From NCBI RefSeq assembly GCF_018977255.1, contig NW_024704745.1, positions 36,270,001 through 36,334,000 on the forward strand: a stretch of 64,000 nt of DNA, written 5' to 3'. The DNA is from Callorhinchus milii (lineage: Eukaryota). The position numbers were made by a program, and so were the translations under genes. This document shows, in pieces, positions 13,555 to 27,889 of this stretch (positions are counted from its first letter, which is position 1; the number at the start of each line of letters is the position of its first letter). The notes below the pieces were generated by a model. The model made no database searches. It was not told where the DNA came from and saw only the letters and a program-made list of their open reading frames with translations.

Positions 13555-14030
13555 ACAACAGCTTGGATTTATAAAGCGCCCTCCATGCCGGACGGCGTCT
13601 CAGAGAGCTTCACAATAAAAGATCCCGGGGCCGAGCCAGGGGGAGGGGGAGGAAGGTAACCAAGGTGCGATCAAAAAGAAAGGTCTTCAGCCGAGACCTG
13701 AAAATAGGAAGAAAGGGCATGAGACGAAGGGAGTGAGGAAGGGAGTTCCAGAGCCTCGAGGCATAGTGGCTGAAGGCACGGCCGCTGATGGTGGAGCAGA
13801 GGATTCGGTGGAAAAGGAGGAGCCCAGACCCGGTGGAGCGAATGCAATGGGCATTGTTGTGAGGAGAGAGCAGGTCAGAGAGGTAGGAAGATGCGGAGGA
13901 GTGGAGGGATTTGAAGACAAGGGTGAGGATCTTGAAATTGATCCTCTCTGGGACAGACAGCCAGTGCAGTCTGCAAGGACTGGGGTTATCGGGGAGCGGA
14001 GTTTGGTGTGGGTAAGAATGCAGGCGGCAG
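13555..14030 (-). mobile_element. L2 fragment
   Basis: LHWLSVPERINFKIL...RLWNSLP in ORF 13610..14062; tail. Confidence 0.85.
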
Positions 14031-14870
14031 GTAAGATAGTACAGAGGCAATGGATAAATCAAAGGGTTAACTTATTAATCAAAAAGACGTTTATTAAATA
14101 GATACAAATTTCATGCTTACAACTGCAGAAGATGATTAGGGCAGGTTTATCTCGACCTTCCCTGGGGAAACCAACACACCGATAATCCTTTGCCTAATTG
14201 TTTAGCCACGAACCCACATGGCGAATGGGATCCAGTATCTTACAGTCTCCAACAATGTCCCGATAGTCTCCAACCTCTTAACATTTATTAGTTCTTTTAT
14301 ACCCTAAAGTTCAGTCACATGATGACGAGGTAAAAAGGTGTAGCAAGAGGCCATTCCACCCAATTAAGTTCAAAGTTTGATTGTCCAATCATGTTCCTGA
14401 ATTGATCCATCCAATCATCTTTCCACACACGGGAGGTCCCAAGGTTATGAAGGTTATCAAGGTTTTAATCTGAGGAATTTGGGAGTTCCTCTGATAAAAA
14501 GTGTGAAAGTTCAATTCAACAGTTAATTGTCCTTTCTTGACACCTTCATGTCGTAAAATCCTTTCATTAAACAATCATACATACTAAAAGATCTCATCCA
14601 AGCAAACTGCAAGGCACCAAGAGTTCCATTCATCAGGACAATGTCAAGTTAACTCCAAGCCAGAAATTTCTGACAATGTCCATTTTATTTACTTGAGATA
14701 GACTATTAGACACCATTCGTTCAAATAAGGAAAGTAATAACACCTATCCATCAAGTCTTCATCAAACATATCACAGAACCCTAAAACACAGACATCACTC
14801 CATTTGGTTCAAATTCTCTCTCTCGCATTCCTTAAGATCAATCAAGATTGTCCTAGTTCTTTTACATACA
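14031..14870 (-). mobile_element. Possible solo LTR
   Basis: Abrupt end of L2; termini (t)gtaa...ttaca; minus-strand AATAAA at 14089-14094; no TSD found. Confidence 0.3.
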
Positions 14871-16528
14871 CTTTGGGTATCAAACAATAATTTTATTAAT
14901 GATTTTAAGCCTCTTACACAGCACAGAAAGAAGACCATCGACCCACTGCATCTGTGCTGGCTCTTTTAAAAAGCATTTTCAATCCCGCTTACTTGCCCTT
15001 TCCAATCCCTCGTAGTTTACTCCTTCTATAGTATTATCATGGTTTGATATATGCTATTGTTCTTATCTGAAGTGATAGTGGAGCTCATTGAAGTTTTTGA
15101 GACTTTTGAGACATTATTATACTCTGTGGATATCAAGGAAGATCATGGATTATGGCAAAATCAGAATATTAAAATTAAATATTGAAAAGATTGCTTTCAG
15201 CCAGATTGTTCATTAGAAGTATGTAATAAGGGATTTTGAGACACAGTGTATCAATATTAAAACACATGGTGTGAAATCTTAGAAACTATAGGGGTTTAAT
15301 TTATAGGGTTAAATTTACAAGGTTAATTTAGAATTCCTTAAATATCAAGTCTGAATTAGCCGGATATGCTGAAGTCTTCCAAGGCGCCCCTCATGCCTTG
15401 TGAGATCCTCTGCCTAATAGACTCTGCTGCTGGTTCTAGGCTAGGCTCCATGGCCTAAGATCCCCAGCCCACTACACTATAATTCTTAGTAAATTCACCT
15501 AAATACACAGTCACTACACTTTACAGGAAATTCTGTGAAATGCTATTCAACAATGTAATATTGGGTTATATCAAATGCAAGGATTATTATTATTAATCAA
15601 TCATATAGCTTTTCCCTCTTTTCCATTAAGATCACAGGACCAAAAAAAATGCCATATGAGGTTGACTTAATTTGGATCCTCATATATTCCAATAAAAAAA
15701 CCTTCAGACAATTTGATCTCATTAGTCCAATGAAAGAAATAATTTAATGCTGTATTTACACTGCATGTTTGATGGCAAATAGACATGATTTTAGCTCATT
15801 AAAAGTTTGCCAAACCACCAGCCAGCATACGCGTGACGGTTTAAAACAACATGAATTAAAATATTTGCCTTGAAAACTATAACAAAAGTTATTTTGACCT
15901 TCTGAATATTCTTCAGCACGATAAAACTCTTGAGAAGCAATTTATCTGATAGTAGAACAATAACAACAATGTGTTTACATCTGAGTTGCAAAATTTAATG
16001 TATTTTCCATTGTTTTCTGTTAATAATAACAATAATCTTTACATTGGATTGGGTATTGTTCCTTTTATGTCGGGAGTAGCCCCAAAGCACTTCACAGAAT
16101 ATACTGTAAAGTTCAGAGACTGTTTTTTGAGGCTAAGCACATTGTGTGCAATTTACGAACAGCAATGTCCCACAAACAGCAATATGAAGTGAATGACCAA
16201 TTTTTAGTATATATGATCGTTTAATGAAAGTCATCACAGTGCCTTGCTCTCTCATTCCTTCCCTCCCACCCTCCATGCTTTTATTGCTAATATTCCTTTT
16301 CTTTACAGTTGCCTCTATTTCTCCTTTATCTTTCTGCCATTCTATTAAAACAAACTTGTCATTCGTCAACCAACTGTGTAGATAAATATTCTCTGCTTCT
16401 GCTCCCGTCCTGAAGATCTCCAGCTTTTCATAGAACATTATTAAAATTCTGCATTAAGATCTTGAGGTCGATCCTTGTCTCAACTAGCATGCTTCTAGTG
16501 TCTCTGAATTATTTCCTTTCTTGCTCAC

Positions 16529-16614
16529 AGCATCTGTACAACACTTTTTCTCTCCCATTTGATCTCTTGCTTCGCTGTTTTCTTGCTCATTTCCAACCTT
16601 GAATTCTTCAGTGC
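16529..16614 (-). CDS. Candidate exon ALKNSRLEMSKKTAKQEIKWERKSVVQM(L) (phase 0 to 2)
   Basis: Strong acceptor ttcttttctctcttctttcaaag|, donor GCT|gtgagc. Confidence 0.55.
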
Positions 16615-17770
16615 CTTTGAAAGAAGAGAGAAAAGAATAGCCTCAAATGGAAAAAAGTCAAATAAAAAATAAAATCACATGGCCCTTTTCCCATCAGTTC
16701 AATATCAAAAAGAGAGATCATTGAAATTACACAGCTCAAGTAGAATAAAGGTAGAACACAGTTTTATACACATGGAAAAGAAAATATTATTTTGCTGAAA
16801 ATTGCATGAAAACAAAGAACAATAAGAACCCTATCATGCAAAATGTTTTAAAACAGTACATTTATTTCATGTTTTGAAGATATGTGACTTTTTTAAAGTA
16901 AATTGAAAATAAAAGATTCACGCCCCCTCATTTTCTTTTGAAGCAATTCTTTGAAACAATAAAGAATGGTAGGATTCAATTCATTCACACGATGGCAGTA
17001 CATACCAGTACGATCCTTCTTCAACAGTACTTTTTTTCATAATTTGTAATGTGGTATATTGAAAACAATTCCAAAAATTGATCGTGCTTAGAATCCAGAA
17101 ACTGACTGCTAATCCCTGAAAGATTTTCTTCATGCTTCGACCTCACCCCTTCACAATACAAATAACTCCAGAATGCTGAATTGCAATGAAAATACTGCAC
17201 TATTGCAGTAGTGAAGTAAATTTAAACAGAGGAAGAATACTGAATTTTATTTGGTGCCCACCTCCCCAAGCCATTACCTAAATAAGCTTCTGCATAAAAG
17301 ATTATCCCAAAACACTCACATTGCAGTATCAAAACTGCCTCGTACTGCTTAGTCTTAAAGTATATCCTGACATCTTGATTTTCAAAGGAAAAAAATAAAA
17401 GCTTTTTGGATTTTAAAAGTAAAGCAATAATTTACAGCACATTAGTCATGGTTTCTTGAAACAGCGACCACTAAGAAAGAATTGGGTGCCGAAAGTGCAA
17501 ACAAAGGTACAGTTGTATTAAAATGTATTAGCCTGGCTCAGTTGGCAGCACTTTAGTCTCTGAGTAAGAAGATTGTACATCTGTCTTTTTCCGGGTGGAC
17601 ACTGGAGAACCCCTTGGCACTATTTGAAAAGAAAAGTTTCTCCTGGTATCTTGGCCAACAATCCCCTGCATAAAAACTAATCATTTACTTCATGACCTCT
17701 TTGTAGGATAATGCTGTTTGTAAATTGGGTGCTACATTTAGATGGAGTACAGTCTAAATAATTAAGTGAT

Positions 17771-18076
17771 GTCCTCAGTGGTTAGAGCACTCGCTTTGCA
17801 AGCGAGAGACCTGAGTTCAATTCCAGGCAGGGTGAAACCTTAGGCAAGTTTCCTTACTCCACACACAGCCCTAATAATAATCCCTCCAAAACAAAAAACA
17901 ATAAAAANTTGGTCATTTTCAATCTACGACTTTGTGGGATATTGCTGTCCGCAATTGGCTGCCGCGTTCACCCACAAATATACAATCAATTCACTTTACA
18001 GTGTGTTCTGTGAAGCGCTTGGGACGTCCTCCCGACGTGAAAAGCGCTACATCAAATGCAAGGATTATTATTATTA
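17771..18076 (+). mobile_element. SINE, short subfamily
   Basis: Near-consensus copy; contains the single N at 17908. Confidence 0.9.
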
Positions 18077-20092
18077 CATTTAGCCTGTAAAACACGGTCA
18101 CTGGACTTTATGATGTGTCCTTTGAAGGTTTTGAAATATTCTTTGAATCTGAAAGGTGCTATATCTAATATTATTATCATTATTGCGGTGAAAATGTGGT
18201 ATTTCATTACAGATTCAAATGATCACATGGAATCTCTTGTTCCTTTTCTGGAGTTTCATCAGTTCTATATATTTTTGTGCATTTACTGTGTTGATGAAAA
18301 ATCCTAATAGTATACTAACAGAAGTACTCAGACAGTACATTTTAACACCTTTTATCCATTGTTAACTTAAATCATCACTATATTTTAATTATTCAGACTG
18401 TGAGATAATCAAGCTCACAAAGACAGAATGTTGCATTTAAGAAACCTTTACATAGCAATGTGCATGATACAGAAAGGTTGAGTTACCAACCCGGAAAACA
18501 GAATTAGTAGTTACAGGAATTTCTTCTACCTTATCTTTTCTTCTTTGTCTTTGTTTCTTTTCTTCTTCTATTCTCTATTTTCGAGCTTCTTCTTCTTTCC
18601 CAGGTCTGTTCTGAAGAGTATCAACTACACCAATTACATTTATACCTACTTGGTTATTTGGTCCTTCCTTCAACACTAACCTTCTAGTTCATCTCACAGA
18701 TATCATTTCCTCGGTCGTACGCTTTCATCCCACAAAACAATTTCATTAAAACATTAATTGTACTCTTGTGCGCATCTTGACCCACATTTGTAAAAATAAG
18801 GACTTTAATAAGGAAAGATAGTTTTGCACTTAATTTCCTCCAAATTATGACCCAAAACTTACTTACTGCTAGGTAAGCGGAGGAGTGTGGAATAAGGAAA
18901 TGTGCCCAATGTTTCACCCTACTAGGAATCAGCATTAGAGATAAGGAGACACAATTCTTTCCCAGCAGGGTTACAAAAGTTACAAAGCATAATCATCAAC
19001 AAAATTTCATTTTAAGATATAACACTACAAATGTTTTCAATAATTTCCATTACAGATAAAATACATAATAATATTTCACTAATATATAACATTAAAGTAA
19101 TTACAACTGTATGTTTAATACTGGCAACATTTATCAATAATGTTGATGCTGCACTCTTATATGGGGGAACAAACTTGCTCATAATGCTTCGCAATGCTTA
19201 TGTTGTCATCAGGATAGTAGAGTCCTGTAGCTTCGTGGTTAGAGCGTTCACCTCGCAAGCTAGAGGAGCTGGGGTTGATTATTATAATAATAATAATTAT
19301 TATATTAGTAGTTACATTATTATATTTTTTCTTTTACTTTCCATTATCTCTTTTTCCCAATTCCCATTCTAACGTTTCTTATTTTAACCTTTTTTCCTGT
19401 TTCACTCATTCTAGTCTGATAACTAACTGCCTCCCACCCCATCTCCGAGGATTGATTTAGTCCATGCTGCTCCAACAGTTAAAAGTCATCAAATGAGACT
19501 TACAGAACCTAATTTCTTCTTGACTAGCACAAGACCATTTTTTACAGCATGTTCCCCAAACCCTTCCATACCACCATCTGTAGCCATGCCTTCAGCCACA
19601 AAGTCCCTAGTCTCTGGAACTCCCTGACTCAATCCCTCCATCTCACCCACTTTTTATGTTGGAATTCACCATGCCTATGGTCACTTCGCCCTTCTTGTTC
19701 ACTCTTGCTTTAACCCAACCCCGTCAGTGGTCTGCGTCTGAGATGCTATCCTGCAGAAGAGTGCAGGTTGTTGTTATAATGTTATCCACTGACCAAAGTC
19801 TTCTTTCTGTTTGTGCTATTACAATTCTAATAGATCATATAATTTTTTATTTTGTTCAACCTAACTTACTGTAATTGGGAAATGTATTCTTGAATAAAAC
19901 TTGGTGGGTAAGAAAAAGTAATGAATTTCAAATTATAATTCTGTATTATATTTCAAATAATTTAAAAATAATCCATTGTTTTATCCTAGAGTTATGCTGA
20001 CATGCTGCCTCTCTATTTCTACACTATTGCCTTTCAGCATGGAGATCTCACACCTGCTGTTTAACGTTTCTCTTGGTAAGGAGCCTACTTAC

Positions 20093-20148
20093 GTAATGGT
20101 TTATTGGACTCCCAACTGTGTTTATGAGTACTTGGTTGTAAGCCACAT
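20093..20148 (-). CDS. Candidate exon (D)VAYNQVLINTVGSPINHY (phase 1 to 0)
   Basis: Acceptor cattgtcagctgtaaacag|, donor TAC|gtaagt. Confidence 0.45.
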
Positions 20149-22179
20149 CTGTTTACAGCTGACAATGAAGCAACAAAACATGTCCACATAGAGTGACCAA
20201 TGACATGCAATGGTTAAGCTGGGTTTGAACTTCAGCTGCAATAATTACTGCATCATTATTAATAATAATATAATAATTATTAATAAAATATAGTATTCTG
20301 TGCCTTTTATAGGCAATGAACTTCCTACCTATCAACATTTGAATTGCCGTTTGACTTGCATAAAATTTAACATGGTGATTGGTACTTGATGTAAATGAGA
20401 GTGGGCCATGGTAATTGCCACCGACTCCTGATTTCCTACAATTGGTTCTGGAGTGATCGTAAGGGTGACTCAGAACAGCCGCTAATAGTGCTGCAAGCTT
20501 CTAAACATATTTTTAAATGTAAATAGCTGCTGCAGTCCTATTCTCAGAAGTAAAGGGCTAATTTGAATTTCCGTTCAATAGGAAAAAAAGTTTTTCGACA
20601 CAGTTATTCTCCCCTACACTGTAATCGGTTGCCTCTGATATTCACTATAAGCTAAAGCATTATAAGCATGATTGATTATGAATTGGCAATCACTTTATTA
20701 CTTTCTGCCTTAAGCCCACTCAGTGGGAAACAACACTCCCATTTTATACCTGGTCAATTGTAAAATTATATATTTTTTAATTTGCTGAAATTTACTTTAA
20801 ATTTTTTTGCTAGAAATTATGTTTCCAGTTCTAGTAACTCCAAGACATTATTCTACATGAAGTGGATCTATAAATCAAGTTGTTGCTGTTGTCTCATTAA
20901 TTGGACTTGACTCTGGAGGTAGGAATGCTTCCCACTCAACTCCTGTTAACCCTGCAAGCCAAAGTCCTAAAGGGTAGGATGTTCCTAACTGGACACCCAG
21001 TGAAAAAGTTAGTCAGGCAGTGCTTTCAATAGTAAGCTATGTGGTTTCAAGCAATACCCCAAATCATACTCTAGGGTTCCTAAGTTTTGAGTCTTGTCAA
21101 CCTGCACTTAATGCTTTCTGGAATTAGATAAGCAGGATGTATCCTGAACAGAGAGTGCACATTCCATCCAAACACAGATATTTCCATATTAGATGGCATA
21201 CGTGGAATTCTTAGTTTGATCTGGATACGCTTCTGAGTGATGATGGTTTTCTGAATGTGTCAGATACCCGGCTCACAAAAAAGAATATTGTTAAGCTCTT
21301 TGAGCTTTTTTATGTGATAAAGCACTACAAAAATGATAACATAATTCAAAAGGTAGCCTTGAAATGGAAGGAGAGCAAAAGGAACCCAAAAGTCCAATGC
21401 TAGTCCAGAGTTGGAGAAGTTCAGCTGATTGCATTCATAGAGCTGCTACGGTCAAAAGCAGAACATCTAGAATACAGGCAGAAGAGGTTAAACAACTTCA
21501 ATTGGTATTTCATAAAGGTTGGAATGTACAGGAGGACAGATATCAGGAGTTTCATAAATCTAGACACAAAGGGCATGTTCGGGCATTTTGATATACCTGG
21601 ATAAATTGGATTGAAAAGGAAATCTTGTTATTGAAGGGCAGTCATAATCAGTATTATTCTTAACACTGAAATTAGATGAAAAAAAATTTTTCTGGAATAA
21701 TATGAAATGGCCTTGTCAAGAGTTCCAAGGAGTTTGATTGTCTAAACGATGCTGGATGTTCAGGTGGTAGGGAATCGGAAATTATATCTACACCTGATAA
21801 AGAGCTTTGCTAACCTATCCTTCTCTGAGCATGTATGTGAGAGCACCGTCCCATGCAACAACCGTGATAGTGCTTCCAGCAGCCATGAGAAAAAAAATGA
21901 AGAATGTTACACCAGATTATTTGCTGAGGCATTTATAGCAAGAAACTTGCTTTGTGAGATAAATTGAGACTAATTACCTACATTTCCCTGAAAGGCAGGA
22001 TAATTGGAAATGCTGATCCAGCATTGCGTAAATCAAAGCCCATTCTTCCACTGAATTCCTCTGTGCCCCACCACTCAATTCTGCAATTTATGGACTTGTG
22101 ATCTGTTCGAACAATTCCTTGCTTACGGGAGCTATTTAAAAAAGTTTTCCTCCAGGCAAGCATCATCAATCTCACTCAC

Positions 22180-22234
22180 CATGCAGAACCATCGGAATTA
22201 GACAATCCTGTGATATTGAGGGCATGTACAGTGG
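22180..22234 (-). CDS. Candidate exon PLYMPSISQDCLIPMVLH (phase 0 to 1)
   Basis: Acceptor tattctcgtcttag|, donor ATG|gtgagt. Confidence 0.45.
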
Positions 22235-23324
22235 CTAAGACGAGAATATGTATCACTGCATTGGAAAAGTTTTCAGACTAATTTCCACTCCTTTGGCTAC
22301 ATTGCTAGTTGCAAAAGCTGTGTTCCTGTGAAAAAGAGACAGCTGTCAGTATTGCCTTCACATAACATGGAGGAGCCCGGGGATGTGGTTGTTATAATAA
22401 TCCTTGCATTTGATTTAAAAATTCTTGCATTTGATACAGTTCCTGATCACAACATCCAGAAGTCTCAAAGCGTTTCACAGATAATAATAATAATATTTTT
22501 TGCATTTGATATCGCGCTATTCACGTCTTCTAGATATCTCAAAGTGCTTCACAGAGTAGACTGCAAAGTGAATTGACTGTATATGTGTGGGCAAAACGTG
22601 GCAGACATGGAGTGAGTGACCATTCTTTTTTAATCTGGGGGATTGTTGGCCAGAAAACTGGGAGAAATTCCCTTCTCTTTTCAAATATATCCACACAATT
22701 TTTAACATCCACCTGAACAGACAGACAGTATCTAGGTTTAATATCTGATCCGAATGACAAAGAATGATAAATCCCTTTGTTTCATTATACTGTATAAATA
22801 TACATCAACATACCTTGTATGACCTTATTAATTGCTTCGTGCATAAAAAAATCAGGGCAGCATTTCTGTGGCATCTCTTTTCATGGTAGATCACAACACA
22901 TAATGCAACACACCCCAGGACTGCATTGGGGTATCATCTTAGACTTTGATCCCAAGTCCTGACTTGGGGCTTTAATCCATAAACTTCTGACTCAGACGTG
23001 AATATGTTACCACTGAGCCATACTGATTTCCAATGATTGAAACCTCAGAATCTAGTGAACATGTCTAAAGGCAACAGCCTAGGAATGCTGTTGTGCCATC
23101 ATGTTAGAAGATATCTTTTTGCAATTGTTGCCAAAGTACAGTAGTACTACATACCTGAGGACAATTTTCACATTTTGGGCAATTATACATTATGTTCAGT
23201 GCTAACTCATCGGATACTGATTCAACTGAATCCATAGCAAGAAAAATGGCAGTGCTGAAATATTACGACTAGCTTTGGTGTCCTTTGTACCAAAATCGGG
23301 GTTATTTTCACACCGAAGTCAGTC

Positions 23325-24070
23325 AGTCGGCCAATGTCCGTCCGTCCGTCCGTCCGACCGCCCCTTCCTCCCTCCCTCCCTCCCTCCCTCCCTCCCTCTG
23401 TGGAGTCCTGTAGCTCAGTGGGTAGAGCACTCACCTCTCAAGCAAGAGACCTTGGTTCCATTCCCGGCAAAGCGAAACCTTGGGCAACTTTCCCTCAAGA
23501 AAAAAAACAATAATAAATTGGTCACTTTAATCCACGACTGTTTGTGGGACACAGCTGTGTGCGATTGGCTGCCGCGTTTCGCCCACAAGAAATATACAGT
23601 CAATTCACTTTACAGTTTATTCTTTAGGACATCTCAAAGCGCTTCACAGAATATATGTAAAAAGCGCTCTATTAAATGCAAGGATTATTATTATTATTCC
23701 TTCCTTTCTCTCTTTCTCTCTGTCTCTCGCTTTCTGTCTCTCTGTCTCTCTCTTTCTTTCTGTCTTTCTGTCTTTCTCTCTCTCTCTATACCTTACTATC
23801 GGAGGTGGAGCCTTCATCCTCCCTGCCCCCAGCCTTTGGGACTTCATCTCACAGTCCCTTCACCTCACCCTTCCCTTGTCTCCTTCAAGACAAGTCTCAA
23901 GACACTACTCTTCAACCGCAGCTCAGTGACCCTCCTACCCCTACCCTCCCTGACTTCCACCCTTCCTGATCCGAACCCCCAGTTCAGGTTGAAATCCTTT
24001 AATGTCCAGTGCTTTGGGACATTCTCTTGATGTGAAAAGCGCTATATAAATGTATTTTGCTGTTGTTGTT
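23325..24070 (+). repeat. (GTCC)n/(CCCT)n microsatellites, SINE 23400-23698, (CT)n tract, L2 3' end
   Basis: Read directly; explains chance ORF 23275..24030. Confidence 0.8.
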
Positions 24071-25252
24071 TGTTTCTTTTCTAATTTGCTGTTTGTGTCC
24101 TCCAAGAAAACATTACAACCCTCGTAAGTTTGAGGCTATGTTGCTGGGTCCGGATGCAAGTGGCTCAGGCTGGGATTAAAGGGCAAGGTAAAACATATGA
24201 TTGGGCTCAGTAATGGGTATAAGGAGTGTATGTGGCAGCGGGGTAGTGTGTGTGTGTGGAGTGTGTGTGTCCACTCATGTAGGATGTGCAAAGGTGGTGC
24301 ATGAAGCGGGGAAGGTTATTAACGACATACATTTCCTAAGCAGTGGGTTAAGTATTGCTCGGACTTTGAGGAATGAGGCTTTTGTATTCTGTTCTCTCAC
24401 TGTTGTGGCAGAGCCATTCTTCTCAAATCAAACTCAAAACAAGCTGGAGATAAGCTTCTTAAGGTTTATTGTACCAGCAGCAGTATAGATTGTTATATGT
24501 ATTGCGTAGTTTCCCCAGAGAACATCACAGCTGCTATAGCATATTTATAACAGAAATTCCAGGTCAATCTGTAAGGTATTTGCGTGAAATTATGAAACCG
24601 TTATGACCTTTAGAGTTGTGATTTTTCTGTATGGATTTTGTGTAAACATGTGTTAGACATTCTGGATGAGGCAGTAGAGTCACATCATGTTGATGCATGT
24701 GTGATGGTGCTCCACGGTTTGTTGCATGGTTAGTTCTGCTCTTCATCAGAAGACAGCAGTCAGCAGCATGTTCCCAATGAGGGAAAAATTCAGATGGCAG
24801 ATGAATCACTCAGTCAGTCACGTCAGTCTGATTTATCATCCTTTGGATGAGACGTTAAACCAAGTCCCATCTTCCTGTTCAGGTGCATATTAAAGATCTC
24901 ATGGCACTATTTGAAAGAGAAGGGCATGTCTCCCAGTGTCCTGGACAACAAATCCCTCAAATAAAATTGGTTATTCACTTCATGGCTGTTTGTGGGACAT
25001 TGCTATGTACAAACTTCCTGCTGTGTTTCACCCACAGTCAAAACCACTTTACAGTACATCCTGTGAAATGTTTTGAGACATATTAATGATGTGATAAGGT
25101 GCTACATCAAATTCAAGGATTATTATTATCGTCAAAAGGAGAGAAAATTAAAACACGGTTACATTACTCAAAAGTCGTAGAATTGCTACTTTAGAAATTT
25201 CAATCACTTTAATGAATGTAAATAATTATTTTGCATTGACAAATTAGCTTAC

Positions 25253-25297
25253 CTTTAATGAGGTTGAGTCATCGCTACAAGATATGACCATCTCAGA
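25253..25297 (-). CDS. Candidate exon SEMVISCSDDSTSLK (phase 0 to 0)
   Basis: Acceptor ttttcactggtcacag|, donor AAG|gtaagc. Confidence 0.4.
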
Positions 25298-26562
25298 CTG
25301 TGACCAGTGAAAATGTGGTCATGAATTTGTTTTGAGGGTTTAGATACTGTTGGATCTAATTTGCACTAAAATATTTCTTATCAAGACTCCTTTGGAAAAA
25401 TATTGACCTTGATAAAAATGTTGAAAGTGGCAATTTTCCACAAAATGTCACAAATGAAACAAACTGGTAAAAAAAACTCCTCATAAGGATGACACAAGCA
25501 GCACCCAATTTACAAAACCAAACCAATTGTGACAGCTTCCAGAATCATGTTCGACCAATCAATCAGTGACATTTTCCCCACCTTGTATGTTAATGAATGC
25601 AATCTCCAGTGGAACAAGATTTGAACAAAAATTGCTACCAGGAGAAAAAACATAGAGCAAGGGATAAAAACCCAAAGAAATTGCATTCGTTTCCACTGCT
25701 TCAGGATTTCTCATGGTTGAAAACAACAAAAGGACAAGTGGGTAAAGAACCCACTGGGGAGCTCTAATCCTTTAATCCTTTCATACCTCTAGTTTGCTGC
25801 AGGAATGGGAAAGGGATTAGAACTCACAGTGGGAAAACTATAGAACTTCCTTACAAATACTTTCCATTGCAATCATCACCAGATTAATGAAGGCTGAAGT
25901 TCACAACTGAATCATTTTGGTTTGATAACGGTGGCCTGCCTTATCTTTCCTTGCTGACTTCTTACTCACTACCTTATTTCTGATCAAGTTTTAATTGAAT
26001 TCTGCTAAACTCCTCCCTGTGCCTCACTTCACACTTTCTCTTGTTCTTTTGAACTACTTTGCTTCAATTTCCAACATCTTCTGATCACCCTCGTTGCTAT
26101 TGTCTCCATCTTCCTAAATTCAATATTCCAATAATTTCTTATACCTCTGAATCTATGTGATATTTGTTTACCTTTCCCCCACCCACCTCATTAGCTTTAT
26201 GAAGCTCTTTGAGATAATAATAATCCTTGCATTTGATATAGCGACATATCACATCTTCAAAACATCTCAAAACGCTTCACTGTAAAGTGAATTGTCCTCC
26301 TTATGGCACTGTATTAATGTAAATTATTGTTATTCTCTACCCACATTTGATACATAATTGCAACTCCCATTGGATTGCCAGATAAGTCTGATACTTTGAA
26401 AATGGAAATTGGGAATTCCATGCTGGCAAATTCCCCTCCTTCTGCGCAACAGATTTCTATGTTTCTATATTTCTATGCTTCTAGTTAGTCTGTTGGCAGT
26501 ATATTCTTATTATCGCATTGTGACTTCCTCACCAGGCCTAGGTTACCAAATTTAGTTGGGTA

Positions 26563-27165
26563 AACAACAACAACAATAAAATTACATTTGTAAAGCGCCT
26601 TTCACGTGGGGAGGACATCGCATGGCACTGGACAGACAGAGTTTTGGACCGGAGCTGGGGGTCGGGGTCGGGAAGGGTGGAGGGCAGTGGAGGGGAAGCA
26701 GGGAAATCAAAAGCACGATCGAAGAGGAGGGCCTTGAGATGTGTCTTGAAGGAGCCAAGGGAGGGGCGAGGCGGAGGGACGGCGAGATGGAGTTCCAGAG
26801 GGTGGGGGCAAAGTGGCGGAAGGCCTCCCCGCCAATAGTGGGGCAAGTGAGGCGGGGGACATGAAGCAGGCCGGAGCCCGCTGAGTGGAGGGAGCGAGCA
26901 GGATGGTAGGGGATTAGGAGGTCGCAGAGTTAGGGGGGAACAAGGCCACGGAGGGCTTTGAAGGTGAGGAGCAGAATCTTGAAATGTATCCTCTGTGTGA
27001 TGGGAAGCCAGTGGAGTCGGGCGAGGATGGGGGCGATAGGGCCCCGGAGCCCGGTGCGGGAGAGGACACGGGCTGCAGAGTTCTGGATGATTTGCAGTCA
27101 ATGGAGGGAGGAGTTGGGGAGGCTGATAAGCAATGAGTTTGCATAGTCAAGCCTCGATATAATGC
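26563..27165 (-). mobile_element. L2 fragment
   Basis: Reverse complement of L2 ORF2 end with (AAC)n tail. Confidence 0.85.
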
Positions 27166-27889
27166 TGACAACAGTTATCATACAATATTAACAATCACAC
27201 GGAAAACGAGTCCCAAATCTATCCATTGATCTTTATCAATCTTCATCCAGAGTGGATCTGGAATCTGTTGTCTTGTAGCTGTTCGAGCACTGATGTGCTC
27301 ATGTGGTCTATGCCTCTAGCACTCAAAGAGGAAATTAAATGTGGTCTCTTGTCCTCACGAGGGTCATCCCTAAAGTGACCGTGAGGTCTAACTCCTTCTA
27401 AAAGAATTTCTAAACTGCTGTTGAATTGACTAATATCCTATGGAATCTTGCTCAATCCCATCTGATTTTGTAGACCTGTGACTCATGTTACCTTTTCAAG
27501 GACCCACACCTAAGATATTCCCTGCTGTCTGCAGATTCTATCCTCCCCACAGAGCACACATTTAAGATAGAGGCCGGAAACACAAAAATAATCACAAAAA
27601 GATTTACGATAAAAGTTATATTTATGTCAGGAGGATGTCTCAAAGCACATGACAATTTTGGCTGGGCACTTAAACTGGAGGTGAGAGCTGAGGGGTGTGG
27701 GTAGGAGAAGATAATTGAAAGCAGAATCAAATGGCCAAAATCAGGGTAAAATAAACAGCAGGTTAGAAATTATTTTAGAAGTGAGTTAGACAGAACCCTG
27801 AATAAGAAAATATATATCAAAAAGGTATGAGGAGTAAGCAGGGGAATGGGATTGATTAAAATGGTTTAAGTAGAACGACAAACAGAACA

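Noticed and set aside
22180-22325. Longer exon using the strong acceptor at 22325
   Set aside because: Stops in all three frames; only the 55-nt version from 22234 is open.
23275-24030. 251-aa ORF
   Set aside because: Read-through of microsatellites, a SINE and an L2 tail.
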